Source: a virus (Duplodnaviria; Caudoviricetes). From it: 64,000 nt of DNA. The notes beneath the pieces were generated by a model, which did not search any database, was not told where the DNA came from, and saw only the letters and a program-made list of their open reading frames with translations. Position 1 is the first letter of the stretch; each line of letters starts with the position of its first letter. The DNA lies in the IMG/VR virus record IMGVR_UViG_3300030117_007612, positions 1 to 64,000 of that record; one strand, written 5' to 3'. Shown here one piece after another: positions 16,704 to 26,011 of this stretch. Position numbers and translations under genes: made by a program.

Positions 16704-17513
16704 ATGATCAAAAAATGCATGTTTTTTCTAGCTCTAGGTTTTGCAGCGCTAGCGGCTAGTTCACCATTTATTGTGCACGATTTGGCACAGTTGGGACATA
16801 AAAGCAGATGGTCGACTTTTGACAAAGTCAGAGTTAAATCTTATTTTGAACCTCTTGGACTTGCAGGGTCACTTGTTCCTCCGATTGGGCCGGCCAAGGG
16901 TATTCACCATGTTTCAAGCTTGGGTGACGCATACTTTGATGGTGACTTACCAAAAAAATCAACCATGAATTTTCTTCGAGAAGTGGTCATGACATCGCCG
17001 GGAAACGGAAAAGCCGGCAACGACTTCAAAAGTCGATTTATGCGCCACGAACAAATTGCCGTTTCATCTGGGAAAAAAGTACACATCAGCAATATTACAC
17101 AAGCGGTACCTTTTCATAGATATGGTCTTCCGTTTGTCGATCATTTTGCTATTACAATGAGAACTGACATCATCGATGGCAAACCAAAGAGTTCATTTAT
17201 AGTGTGGGGTCTGGGTGTGATTGCCGATCATCGCAACCCTAGCAATCTGGGGCCGCAATATGATCATGTTGCTAAAATTTTAAACCTTGAAGGCGGAGAT
17301 CTTATTAGGTGGACATGTAATCTTGAGCGCGAGGGTCTCGCTAAGCCTTATTGGGTTTTAATTACAGAAAACGATGAGACCTCCAAATTCAGTCACGAAG
17401 CAGTTCGAAAAAGGCCTAGTCAACGAAAAGGTGAATGGCACACCACGACTCGTTTGTTACACAAATCAGGCAAAGGCATGTCCGTAAGTCAGCTTTATAA
17501 TACGCTCTTTTAG
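16704..17513 (+). CDS. exported hypothetical protein (moron-like insertion)
   Basis: Own promoter, GGGAGG SD, N-terminal signal peptide. Confidence 0.7.
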   Translation: MIKKCMFFLALGFAALAASSPFIVHDLAQLGHKSRWSTFDKVRVKSYFEPLGLAGSLVPPIGPAKGIHHVSSLGDAYFDGDLPKKSTMNFLREVVMTSPGNGKAGNDFKSRFMRHEQIAVSSGKKVHISNITQAVPFHRYGLPFVDHFAITMRTDIIDGKPKSSFIVWGLGVIADHRNPSNLGPQYDHVAKILNLEGGDLIRWTCNLEREGLAKPYWVLITENDETSKFSHEAVRKRPSQRKGEWHTTTRLLHKSGKGMSVSQLYNTLF

Positions 17514-17535
17514 TATTTAAAAACTATATATTATC

Positions 17536-18306
17536 ATGAAACTCTTATTTGAAAATTGGCGAGAGTTCTTGGTAGAACGAGCCACATATATATCAAGTCT
17601 TCAACAAGCTTATCAAGTTTTAGGTCTTGAACCCGGATCTTCAGAATCTGAAGTTAAGAAAGCGTATCGTAAGTTAGCCATGGCCAATCATCCGGATCTC
17701 AATCCTTCACCAGAAGCAAGGGAGACCTTCGAAAAAGCATCAGAGGCTTATGAGGCAATTACATTTAAGGGCCCCGGTAGCTTTCCGTACAAGAGGGGTG
17801 GCGCTGGTGGCCCTGCCGGCGGAACAGATATAGCTAGCATGTGGAAAAACACAGGGCCCGAAGGAATATCAGTGCTAGCTAGTATCAGACAAATAATGAA
17901 CATTGTTTCTCAAGCAATTGAAACTAATCAATCTGTTAAAGTTGCAGGTATTAGTGTACCAGCTAAATTAATAATTGATCGTAATGACTATAGCAATCTT
18001 CTAAACTTTATGCGAAATTATCAATATGAATATTTAAGGGGTATGATGGGCGCTCAAGATTTTGTCAATAATAAAATACTAAATACCCTTAAAACTGTTT
18101 CAATAAGCCCAAAATTTGGATCAGGAAAGCAAGATTTACAAAATTTTGTGGACGTGATGAAAAGAATTGTCCCAGCAGAAGAAACAAAGAAAGAGCCAAC
18201 AGCTGCAGATACTCCCAAACCAAAAACGACAACTTCTCAAAAAACTAAAAGTGCTGATATACCGCCCGAAGACATTGAAATGATGAGAAATATGGGAATT
18301 CTTTAA
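17536..18306 (+). CDS. MKLxxENW-leader J-domain protein
   Basis: YQVLGL...[18 protein letters not shown]...FEKASEAYE. Confidence 0.85.
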   Translation: MKLLFENWREFLVERATYISSLQQAYQVLGLEPGSSESEVKKAYRKLAMANHPDLNPSPEARETFEKASEAYEAITFKGPGSFPYKRGGAGGPAGGTDIASMWKNTGPEGISVLASIRQIMNIVSQAIETNQSVKVAGISVPAKLIIDRNDYSNLLNFMRNYQYEYLRGMMGAQDFVNNKILNTLKTVSISPKFGSGKQDLQNFVDVMKRIVPAEETKKEPTAADTPKPKTTTSQKTKSADIPPEDIEMMRNMGIL

Positions 18307-18312
18307 TGTCTT

Positions 18313-18795
18313 ATGAAGCTATTACTTGAAAATTGGCGAAAGTATTTAGACGAAGTTGAGAGATTTCCAGATATCGCTACAGCGCAAGACGAGATCCAGC
18401 AAAGTCTAGACTATTTTTATCAAGATCACGCACCAAGTAAAGGTCAGCGAAGAGAGTTAGGCGAGTGGAAAGGGCACCAAATGGTAGCCTTTGATTTGCC
18501 GGGAGATACTATACTTTTCTTTGCAGTTGACAAACAAGACAGGGCAAGAGCCTATGTCGGCGTAGATCCCTTTCAGGATAGTTATTCTGTGGGCAATGTT
18601 CGTAAAACCAAGGGTGGTGGATTTTACACAACCGATCTGTACAAATGGTTAGTCGAACAGTTTGGAACATTATACAGTGATAATAAACAAACCACCGCCG
18701 GTGAAGGTATTTGGCGAAGACTGCAACAAGATCCAGAGGTAAATGTTGAAGAACCAAGCGAAGAAACTGGCGGGCGGTGGAGATTAACCAAATGA
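18313..18795 (+). CDS. MKLxxENW-leader GNAT-like protein
   Basis: VGNVRKTKGGGFYTTDLYKWL...LYSD..QT..G..IW. Confidence 0.5.
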   Translation: MKLLLENWRKYLDEVERFPDIATAQDEIQQSLDYFYQDHAPSKGQRRELGEWKGHQMVAFDLPGDTILFFAVDKQDRARAYVGVDPFQDSYSVGNVRKTKGGGFYTTDLYKWLVEQFGTLYSDNKQTTAGEGIWRRLQQDPEVNVEEPSEETGGRWRLTK

Positions 18796-19481
18796 AACTC
18801 CTATTTGAAAATTGGAGAAAGTTTATTACGGAGGTGGAAGAACCCATCACAACCCTTCGTATATTCGACTTCGATGAAACAATAGCCCATACGAGGTCAG
18901 AAACGCGCGTTACAGCGCCTAATGGCTCAAGTGCCACCCTACGTGACCAAAAAGAATTTGAAAGCTACATGCAGGCTGCAGCAAAGAAAGAGGGGATATC
19001 TACTTTTGACCCCGTTTCTGAACTACAAAGAGTTGGCTATCAAATAGATTTAAGTGATTTTGCAATTGTTAAAGATCCGGATGAAATCACTGTTGTTACA
19101 AGCATTATTAAAGATTTTCCGGCTGATTCTAAAACATATATTATGACAGCAAGACGAGGACAATCGCTTGGTCCAATTATGGAGTATCTTGATGAAATTG
19201 GTATTGATTCGTCAAACGTTAGACCAATTGCAACACAAGGGGAGTCTAAGGGCGATGTAATGGTAACGATGCTTAGACAAAAAATTATGCCCGATGGCAA
19301 ATCAAACATTAATCGAATTGAATACTATGAAGATTCTCAAAAAAATATTGATGATGTTTTACAAAAAGTTTGTTCAAATAAAGATATCGACCATCTTAAG
19401 CCTGACAATTTTGAATTAATAATTTATAAAGTCAAAAATGTTGCTGGTCAATATGTGCTGCAAAAGATTGAATGCGAATAA
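18792..19481 (+). CDS. MKLxxENW-leader HAD-family hydrolase
   Basis: Start ATG 18792; IFDFDETI motif I, IMTAR motif II, YYEDS motif IV. Confidence 0.75.
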   Translation: MKLLFENWRKFITEVEEPITTLRIFDFDETIAHTRSETRVTAPNGSSATLRDQKEFESYMQAAAKKEGISTFDPVSELQRVGYQIDLSDFAIVKDPDEITVVTSIIKDFPADSKTYIMTARRGQSLGPIMEYLDEIGIDSSNVRPIATQGESKGDVMVTMLRQKIMPDGKSNINRIEYYEDSQKNIDDVLQKVCSNKDIDHLKPDNFELIIYKVKNVAGQYVLQKIECE

Positions 19482-19498
19482 AGAAACTAATTATTGTT

Positions 19499-19945
19499 AT
19501 GCACTACATCTCCAAGTGGAAACAATTTTTAATGGTTGAAGACGACATGGATAGCCACGAGGTCGCAAAAGCTGTTATCATTACTTCGGATAACAAAGTA
19601 TTGATACTTAAAAGATCCGAATATATGGCTGAGTATGCAGAGGAGTGGGATTTGCCCGGAGGGCATCTAAAAGAATCAGAAAAGATGGAAATTGGTCTAG
19701 ACCGCGAAGTTGAAGAAGAGACTGGGTTAAAGATTGGACCCTTCGATCATGAAAAAATAATTACAATAGATAATTTACATTTTTATTTAATACGTTATAA
19801 TAAATCCAGCGATCAAATTAATATTGAAATTAGCGATGAGCACACTGATTTTGCCTTTATAAGTCAAGAAGAATTACAAAATTTCAACATTTCAGACAAA
19901 TTTATGGGAGTGATAAATAAATCAATGGGCTTTGATGATGAATGA
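19499..19945 (+). CDS. Nudix hydrolase with degenerate leader
   Basis: Start moved to ATG 19499 (MHYISKWKQFLMVE); LPGGHLKESE..EIGLDREVEEETGL Nudix box. Confidence 0.85.
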   Translation: MHYISKWKQFLMVEDDMDSHEVAKAVIITSDNKVLILKRSEYMAEYAEEWDLPGGHLKESEKMEIGLDREVEEETGLKIGPFDHEKIITIDNLHFYLIRYNKSSDQINIEISDEHTDFAFISQEELQNFNISDKFMGVINKSMGFDDE

Positions 19946-19991
19946 TGTCTGATATCACTATTTAATATTAGTTTATTGGAGGACATATACC

Positions 19992-20321
19992 ATGCCGAAC
20001 AATTCAAATAATGGATGGAATGAATATTCCAGACTCGTTCTTGAACAACTCGAAGCTTTAAGTATGGGAATTGATTCAATTAGGCTTGAACTTCAGGCTG
20101 TAAATCAAGAGTTAATAATCATAAAAGCCAAAGAAGATAAGGTAACTGAATTGAGAATATGGAAAGATAAGATTGACGAAGTGACTTCGCCGTCACAATT
20201 AAAGTCTTATCTCGATGACATTCAAGAACTAAAGGATTTTAAAACAAGGGCCATAACTATTTTCGCAGCTGCGCAAGCAGGGATGTTAGCCATACTCTCC
20301 TTGATGAAATACATGGGATAG
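19992..20321 (+). CDS. coiled-coil protein with C-terminal TM helix
   Basis: GGAGG SD; heptad-rich body; hydrophobic C-terminus. Confidence 0.6.
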   Translation: MPNNSNNGWNEYSRLVLEQLEALSMGIDSIRLELQAVNQELIIIKAKEDKVTELRIWKDKIDEVTSPSQLKSYLDDIQELKDFKTRAITIFAAAQAGMLAILSLMKYMG

Positions 20322-20325
20322 CTCT

Positions 20326-20619
20326 ATGTCATCAAGAAAAAAAAAGTACGACTCTAAAAGGTTGCAACAAATTATTAATCAAATATCCGGAGATATTGAT
20401 CCTGATGCCGAAGAAATATTCCCAACTTATATCGTCAAAGGCACTGGCTATATGTGGTGCTATTCTCCTACTGCAAAAACAATGGTGAGAATACTTCGCG
20501 GCAGCAAAGCATACTTATTGCATGATTCATTGGATGATGAGGCACAAGCCATGGTCTTCGTCCCGTACGAAATTGTTAAAATTGATTTGGAAGATTTAGA
20601 AGAAATAGGATATAACTAA
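20326..20619 (+). CDS. hypothetical protein
   Basis: 97-aa ORF in operon order. Confidence 0.55.
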   Translation: MSSRKKKYDSKRLQQIINQISGDIDPDAEEIFPTYIVKGTGYMWCYSPTAKTMVRILRGSKAYLLHDSLDDEAQAMVFVPYEIVKIDLEDLEEIGYN

Positions 20620-20747
20620 TGTTTTTTTCATTAAATGATTATTGGAAAGGAATTGCTCTTTTCTTATCGGCTTGGGTTTTTTATAACTTTACCGGTTTTG
20701 AGTTTACGGTTATAACGTTGTTAACGTTAATCTGGCTTAAAAAATAA
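20619..20747 (+). CDS. small membrane protein (42 aa); not in ORF track
   Basis: MFFSLNDYWKGIALFLSAWVFY...LIWLKK*; TAATG overlap. Confidence 0.55.
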   Translation: MFFSLNDYWKGIALFLSAWVFYNFTGFEFTVITLLTLIWLKK

Positions 20748-20750
20748 AAA

Positions 20751-20900
20751 ATGGCTAAAAAAAGAAAAAAGAGTAAAGAGAGAAACAATAAAGTCATTGT
20801 TGTGAACGTCACTAAAAACAAAACAAGAAAAATAAGAATCCTTGATTTTGACGAAAAAAAAAGTGAACCAAAACATGACAAAACAAATATTAATCAATAA
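20751..20900 (+). CDS. small basic protein (49 aa); not in ORF track
   Basis: MAKKRKKSKE...; fills gap in operon. Confidence 0.4.
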   Translation: MAKKRKKSKERNNKVIVVNVTKNKTRKIRILDFDEKKSEPKHDKTNINQ

Positions 20901-20938
20901 TCACGCCTAGTTATATAGCTTAATTAAGGTTTCTGGTT

Positions 20939-21205
20939 TTGATAAAGAAAGAATCATTTGGTAACGTCGCGGCGAAAGATATCGATCCCGGCGACTTGGT
21001 GCAGTGGTCTAAGTGGGATGATGATAAAAAGACTTACGATGAAAAATTTGGAATTGTCGTTTCTATTAACGAGCAAGTCCGCGGCAGTAGAATGGTTTCT
21101 GTTGCACGTGTTGTTCCACTTAATAACCCGAACGTTGAGCAAGATTTTTTTACTATGAGCCTTAAACTTGTATCAAAAGGTTCAAAAGGCACCAAAAAGA
21201 ACTAA
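20939..21205 (+). CDS. small SH3/KOW-like protein
   Basis: IDPGDLVQW...FGIVVS. Confidence 0.55.
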   Translation: MIKKESFGNVAAKDIDPGDLVQWSKWDDDKKTYDEKFGIVVSINEQVRGSRMVSVARVVPLNNPNVEQDFFTMSLKLVSKGSKGTKKN

Positions 21206-21230
21206 TTATATTTGAATTTGAGGACAATTC

Positions 21231-21725
21231 ATGACCACTGATAAACATAATGACCTAAAGGAATTGATAAAGGATTTTTTACCATATGCACAAAAACGAA
21301 TGGGCTTTACAAAGAAGCCACGCGTACTCTTTAGAAGAGATAAAGAAAATGCGCAAAATGTACTTGGAAAAACCGCACACTATGATCCTCAATCTTTTAC
21401 TGTTGTTCTATACGTTCATGGTCGTCATCCAAAAGATATAATGAGGTCACTATCTCATGAATTAGTGCATCATGCACAAAATTGCCGCGGAGAGTTTGAT
21501 AAGCCCTCTATAGCCGGCGAACAAGGCTACGCACAGAAAGATCCACACTTGCGAGAAATGGAACGAGAAGCATACGAAGTAGGAAATATGTGTTTTAGAG
21601 ACTGGGAAGATAATTATAAGGTATCAGTGACTAATTATAGTGTTACTCAAGTGTCTTTATCTGAGTGGCGAAATCTGGAATTGAACAAACTAGTTACAGA
21701 AAGATTAGTAAAAGGAGTAAAATAA
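21231..21725 (+). CDS. zinc metallopeptidase-like protein (HExxH+E)
   Basis: RSLSHELVHHAQ ... MEREAY. Confidence 0.7.
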   Translation: MTTDKHNDLKELIKDFLPYAQKRMGFTKKPRVLFRRDKENAQNVLGKTAHYDPQSFTVVLYVHGRHPKDIMRSLSHELVHHAQNCRGEFDKPSIAGEQGYAQKDPHLREMEREAYEVGNMCFRDWEDNYKVSVTNYSVTQVSLSEWRNLELNKLVTERLVKGVK

Positions 21726-22324
21726 TGAGTAACTTTGAGGATTGGAAAAATAAAGAGAGGGGTCAAATTTTAGCCAAAAAATTTGGATTAAAATTTGATT
21801 TAGACGCTCTTAGTGAAAACAAAAAGGAGTATGATTTAGATGAAAATGCAACAGATCGCGTTTTTGCACCTAATCATTATTGCGCGCATCATGTTAGATA
21901 TGAAGGGCGCGCCGGTCAAACTGTTGACCATAATTGGAATGAAGAACTCCAAGAAGTTACTCAATATGATATTAAATTTGAAGATGGGACTGTTGTCAGA
22001 GACGTGCCGGTTTCGGAGCTTGAAATCGTAGAGGCTAATTTGCCAGAGGGCCACGGAGGTGGTGGTCACCCACCCGCCAAGAGAGATTCCAAAAAGAAAA
22101 AGCCAATGGTTCAGGACAAGGATGATGTCGATGGCGATGGAGATACAGATGAAAAGGTTCCAGCATACGTCAAAAAAGGCGATGACAAAAAGAAGAAAAA
22201 GAAAAGTGGCAAGGTACCACCACAGTTTCAAAAACATGTAAAAGAAGAAACCGAATTAAAAGATTTAATCAGACAGCAAATTAAAATTGCTTTAGAGGAG
22301 ATAAAAAATGAACCCCAGACGTAG
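21725..22324 (+). CDS. hypothetical protein, probably virion-associated
   Basis: Start moved to ATG 21725 after AAGGAG; DxDxDG motif, poly-K, C-terminal EETELKDLIRQQI. Confidence 0.6.
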   Translation: MSNFEDWKNKERGQILAKKFGLKFDLDALSENKKEYDLDENATDRVFAPNHYCAHHVRYEGRAGQTVDHNWNEELQEVTQYDIKFEDGTVVRDVPVSELEIVEANLPEGHGGGGHPPAKRDSKKKKPMVQDKDDVDGDGDTDEKVPAYVKKGDDKKKKKKSGKVPPQFQKHVKEETELKDLIRQQIKIALEEIKNEPQT

Positions 22325-22541
22325 ACTATGGCTGCGTAGAAGAGCAGCAGAAAACAGAAGGAAACAGGAAGAGGCCTCAGTCACAACGTTGGCTAAGGAC
22401 GTGGATGTCAAAGAACAGCCCGCAAAAGAAACCGCCGTGCCGGAGCTTAAGCAGACTACTCCCAAGACATCAAATTCAAAAGTTACCACAAAGAAGAAAT
22501 TAGCTAACAAAAAATCTAAAACAACAAAAAAAGGCAAGTAA
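22308..22541 (+). CDS. small basic low-complexity protein
   Basis: GAGGAG SD; Arg/Lys-rich. Confidence 0.55.
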   Translation: MNPRRRLWLRRRAAENRRKQEEASVTTLAKDVDVKEQPAKETAVPELKQTTPKTSNSKVTTKKKLANKKSKTTKKGK

Positions 22542-22544
22542 TCC

Positions 22545-22808
22545 GTGTCAGTTGATTTGGACAAAATAACCAGACAATTTTTGTTGGGTGAAGAAAAAAC
22601 ACCAGAGGATGTTTTTACGTTCATTCAAGGCCTTGGTGATGTTTTAGAAAATTTTGCTCCAAGAACAATGGCAGAAAAAAGACGCATTAACGTGGCAAGA
22701 AAACAATTGAAAGAAATTAAACGTCACGCTAGAAAGATGTATAATAAGATATCAATTCTAGAAGAAAAGATAAATGTTTTAGAAGAAAACTTACAAGAAG
22801 GTAACTAA
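22545..22808 (+). CDS. hypothetical coiled-coil protein
   Basis: 87-aa ORF. Confidence 0.55.
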   Translation: MSVDLDKITRQFLLGEEKTPEDVFTFIQGLGDVLENFAPRTMAEKRRINVARKQLKEIKRHARKMYNKISILEEKINVLEENLQEGN

Positions 22809-22812
22809 AATA

Positions 22813-25134
22813 ATGTTGTTGTTGGAAGGACCTGTTGGCCACATGGCCCACCCATATGAAAGTCACGATTTAACTTTCCGCGAGCTAATTGAAATATTTA
22901 AAGTGGCCTCTCAGGGCTTTCCCAAGCTAAAAGTAACAGAGAAGCTTGATGGTCAAAATATTCTTATTACTTATGATCCTGAGCGTCGACAAGCGCTAGC
23001 TGTTAGGGCAATGAGTGCGCACGCTGCTGTCGGCGGTATAAATAAGGAACAGCTTAAAAGCTATTTTACTATCGATCGTGAAAGAAAGAAATATGAGTCG
23101 ATGTTGAAAAAGGGCGCCTCTAAACAAGAGGCGGCGCGCGAAGCTAAATTGGCGCGCTTAGATTCATCGAAACAAGGCGCCGGCGTAGTTGCGGCGTTTT
23201 TTGATGCAATGCAAAATTTTGAAGAAGTCGCTCAGGGTCTACCTAGTGACATGTTTATATCTCCAGATGGAAATAAAATATTTTATAATGGAGAGGTTAT
23301 GGACCCAAGAAGCCCCAATGTCGTTGATTATGACACTAGAGTTTTAGCACTCCATCGTACTGGCCTCCAAGAACTGGTCGACGACAAACTAGTGCCCTAT
23401 AAAAGCGAACAGGCTGAAGAACTAGCAGGAAGACTCGAAACCGAACTCAGCAACATACAAAGGGACGACTTACCGCCAATCTCTGTTAATGCAATAACAG
23501 ATTTTACAGACTTTATTGAAAATCGTGAAGCCTACCAAACCGCCATTCGCAAATTAAGATTGCTTGGGCGACCCGGTGAAACAATTGGTGAGTTTTTAAG
23601 AAAAAGAATTACTGAATATCTTTCACAAAGACTGAACACTTATATGGGTGAGGATACAATAGCGGCAATTGTTGATGCTGCTTTATATGTTTCGAAAACA
23701 AATAGAAATCCTAGAAAAACGAAAGAAATTGCGAGAGTTCTAGCAACAATTCCAGAGCATGAAGTTGAAAATAAAAATTTGGCTATTGAGTTATTGACAA
23801 ACGTCAAAGAAGTTAAAAACATTCTTCGATTTGCAATTAACCCTTTAGAGCAAGTTATACATGATTTCGCAGTATCGATACTTGATAATATGAGTAGTGC
23901 TTATATTGTACAATCGGGAATTGCAGTAAGTCGACTTAAAGGAAAGGTTGCCCAACAAATTTCAAGAGTCCGCAAGGGTGCCACTAAGGCAGATTTGGAA
24001 GTGTTAAAGAGAAGTATCAAAAAGATCTTAGGAGGTGAAGAAGTTGGGGATGTTCTTTCTGATGAAAACCTGCAAGCTGCTGTCGAACGAATAACCACGG
24101 CTGTCGAAGGCCTTGTGTTTGACTTTAACGGGAAAACCTATAAGCTTACCGGTAACTTTGCACCCATTAATCAAATTATGGGCTTAGGGCGATATTCTAG
24201 GGGTGGCGACGACTCAAAACCAACTATGGGCGAAAGCGATATTGACGTTGAGGAACCAATATACGAAGAAGAAGACAGCAACATCAGGCAAATTGTTGTA
24301 ATTTATCCCGGACGGTTTCAACCCATGGGCCGACACCACTTGGCAACATTTGAAAGCCTACAAGCATTTTTTGGTGATGCTAATGTTTATATAGCCACTT
24401 CGAATCCAGCCGAAAAGGAGCGCCAAGATAAAAAAGTTAACCGTTCTCAAAATCCTTTAGACTTTGATGAAAAGAAAGCGATCATGATGAGACACGGCAT
24501 TGACCCTGAGCATATTGTGGAAACTGACAACCCCTACAAACCAATTGAAATTTTGCAGAATTACGATCCCGACACAACAGCAGCCATTTTTGTTTATGGC
24601 GCCAAAGATGCCGGCCGATTACCCTACACTAAGGTCGACGGAACTCCCGGCTATTTTCAGAAATATGATCAGAACGAAGATAATCTCAGAGGATTTGAGC
24701 AGCATGGATATGTCTATGTTGCGCCGCATGTCTCTCTTGGAATTCCGGGCTTTGATGAGATGTCAGGCACAACCATTAGAGCTGTTTTGGGTACTGGAAA
24801 CCGTGAACATTTTGAAAATATAATGGGATGGTATGATGAGGATATCTTTAACATGTTAGTTGCTAAATTACGCTCTCTTTCGGAGTCCAAAGACAATGAA
24901 CTTGTCGATTTTATCCTTAAGACCGTTGAAGACAATTTAGATGAAATTACTGTTGCCGGCAACGTTGCTGGATACGGCGGAGGATTTGGTGATTCAAAAA
25001 CTGTTAGGCGATTTAACAAGAAACAAGAAAAAGATTCTAGACTCAAAAAGAAGAAAAAAACAAAAAAGAAGGTGAACGAAGAAATCGTTGACTCCATTAT
25101 GGACTATTTAGTTAATAAAGGTATGGCCCAATGA
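22813..25134 (+). CDS. RNA-ligase-like nucleotidyltransferase fused to HxGH-type cytidyltransferase-like domain
   Basis: TEKLDGQN (I), YNGE (III), EGLVF (IV), YKL (V); C-terminal YPGRFQPMGRHH...SGTTIR. Confidence 0.6.
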   Translation: MLLLEGPVGHMAHPYESHDLTFRELIEIFKVASQGFPKLKVTEKLDGQNILITYDPERRQALAVRAMSAHAAVGGINKEQLKSYFTIDRERKKYESMLKKGASKQEAAREAKLARLDSSKQGAGVVAAFFDAMQNFEEVAQGLPSDMFISPDGNKIFYNGEVMDPRSPNVVDYDTRVLALHRTGLQELVDDKLVPYKSEQAEELAGRLETELSNIQRDDLPPISVNAITDFTDFIENREAYQTAIRKLRLLGRPGETIGEFLRKRITEYLSQRLNTYMGEDTIAAIVDAALYVSKTNRNPRKTKEIARVLATIPEHEVENKNLAIELLTNVKEVKNILRFAINPLEQVIHDFAVSILDNMSSAYIVQSGIAVSRLKGKVAQQISRVRKGATKADLEVLKRSIKKILGGEEVGDVLSDENLQAAVERITTAVEGLVFDFNGKTYKLTGNFAPINQIMGLGRYSRGGDDSKPTMGESDIDVEEPIYEEEDSNIRQIVVIYPGRFQPMGRHHLATFESLQAFFGDANVYIATSNPAEKERQDKKVNRSQNPLDFDEKKAIMMRHGIDPEHIVETDNPYKPIEILQNYDPDTTAAIFVYGAKDAGRLPYTKVDGTPGYFQKYDQNEDNLRGFEQHGYVYVAPHVSLGIPGFDEMSGTTIRAVLGTGNREHFENIMGWYDEDIFNMLVAKLRSLSESKDNELVDFILKTVEDNLDEITVAGNVAGYGGGFGDSKTVRRFNKKQEKDSRLKKKKKTKKKVNEEIVDSIMDYLVNKGMAQ

Positions 25135-25937
25135 ACCAAATTGATAGAATAAAATATTTTGAACAAATTGAAGAAGAAAAAACTCTTAGAGAGAATATAC
25201 GACAAATTATAAGATTTGTCAAGCAAAAAAGATTAGATGAAGCCAATAAAAATGAGGAAGAAATTGAGCAATTACGAAATATAATTCGTGATATTGTTAT
25301 CGATGAAAAAACCAATTTACAAGAAGTCTCAACTCCTGATAACGATCCGGCGCCAAATAAAACAACCGGGATTAATGTACTTGAAGATTTGCTCAAAAAG
25401 ATAATACCAATTTTAGAAGACGATTACAAGCTTTTAACGACAAGCCCAGAACAGAGAGAGTCGTTCCGGGCGCACATTATTAACGGTGTTGTTAGCTCTC
25501 TAGCTCCCGCTAAAGCAAACGATAGCGCGGAGATGTCAGAAGCCGTTGAAATTGATATCGAGGATGAGGGCGATCCACCTGAGTTTATTGATATCAACAA
25601 AGATGATCCTGCACCAGAAGACAACGTTAGTCCTGAAGAAGAATTTGGCGCTGGCCTTGAAGGGCAAGATGAAACTGGCAGAAACATGGCTTTTCAATCA
25701 TTTAAGAAAATTGAAAAAGGCGTTCTTGATGCTTATGAATTACTGCAAAATATGGATGATAAGAAGCTTTTTTACGATTATCTCTTGGCCAATTTAAAGC
25801 TATACTTTGATAGATTCGAATCAGAATTATCACCTGATGTAAGCGAACCTGAAAGCGAGGAGTATAATCAAGCAAAAGAAATGACACCGCCGCCCGGTGA
25901 TGAAGATCCTGCAGGTGATCTAGACTTGGGAATTTAA
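25131..25937 (+). CDS. acidic hypothetical protein, probably structural
   Basis: 268 aa, E/D-rich, repeated LRxxIRxI(I/V) helices. Confidence 0.6.
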   Translation: MNQIDRIKYFEQIEEEKTLRENIRQIIRFVKQKRLDEANKNEEEIEQLRNIIRDIVIDEKTNLQEVSTPDNDPAPNKTTGINVLEDLLKKIIPILEDDYKLLTTSPEQRESFRAHIINGVVSSLAPAKANDSAEMSEAVEIDIEDEGDPPEFIDINKDDPAPEDNVSPEEEFGAGLEGQDETGRNMAFQSFKKIEKGVLDAYELLQNMDDKKLFYDYLLANLKLYFDRFESELSPDVSEPESEEYNQAKEMTPPPGDEDPAGDLDLGI

Positions 25938-25947
25938 TAAATTTTAC

Positions 25948-25976
25948 TTGACAACAGTGTAATCTTGTATTATGCT
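25948..25976 (+). promoter_or_regulatory. sigma70-type promoter
   Basis: TTGACA-N17-TATGCT. Confidence 0.55.
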
Positions 25977-26011
25977 AAAGCTGTGACAGCGATTGCTAGC
26001 TAAATAATATT

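Noticed and set aside
22813-25134. Intein as the insertion in the ligase-like domain
   Set aside because: No C/S block A, HN-C/S/T junction or LAGLIDADG motif seen
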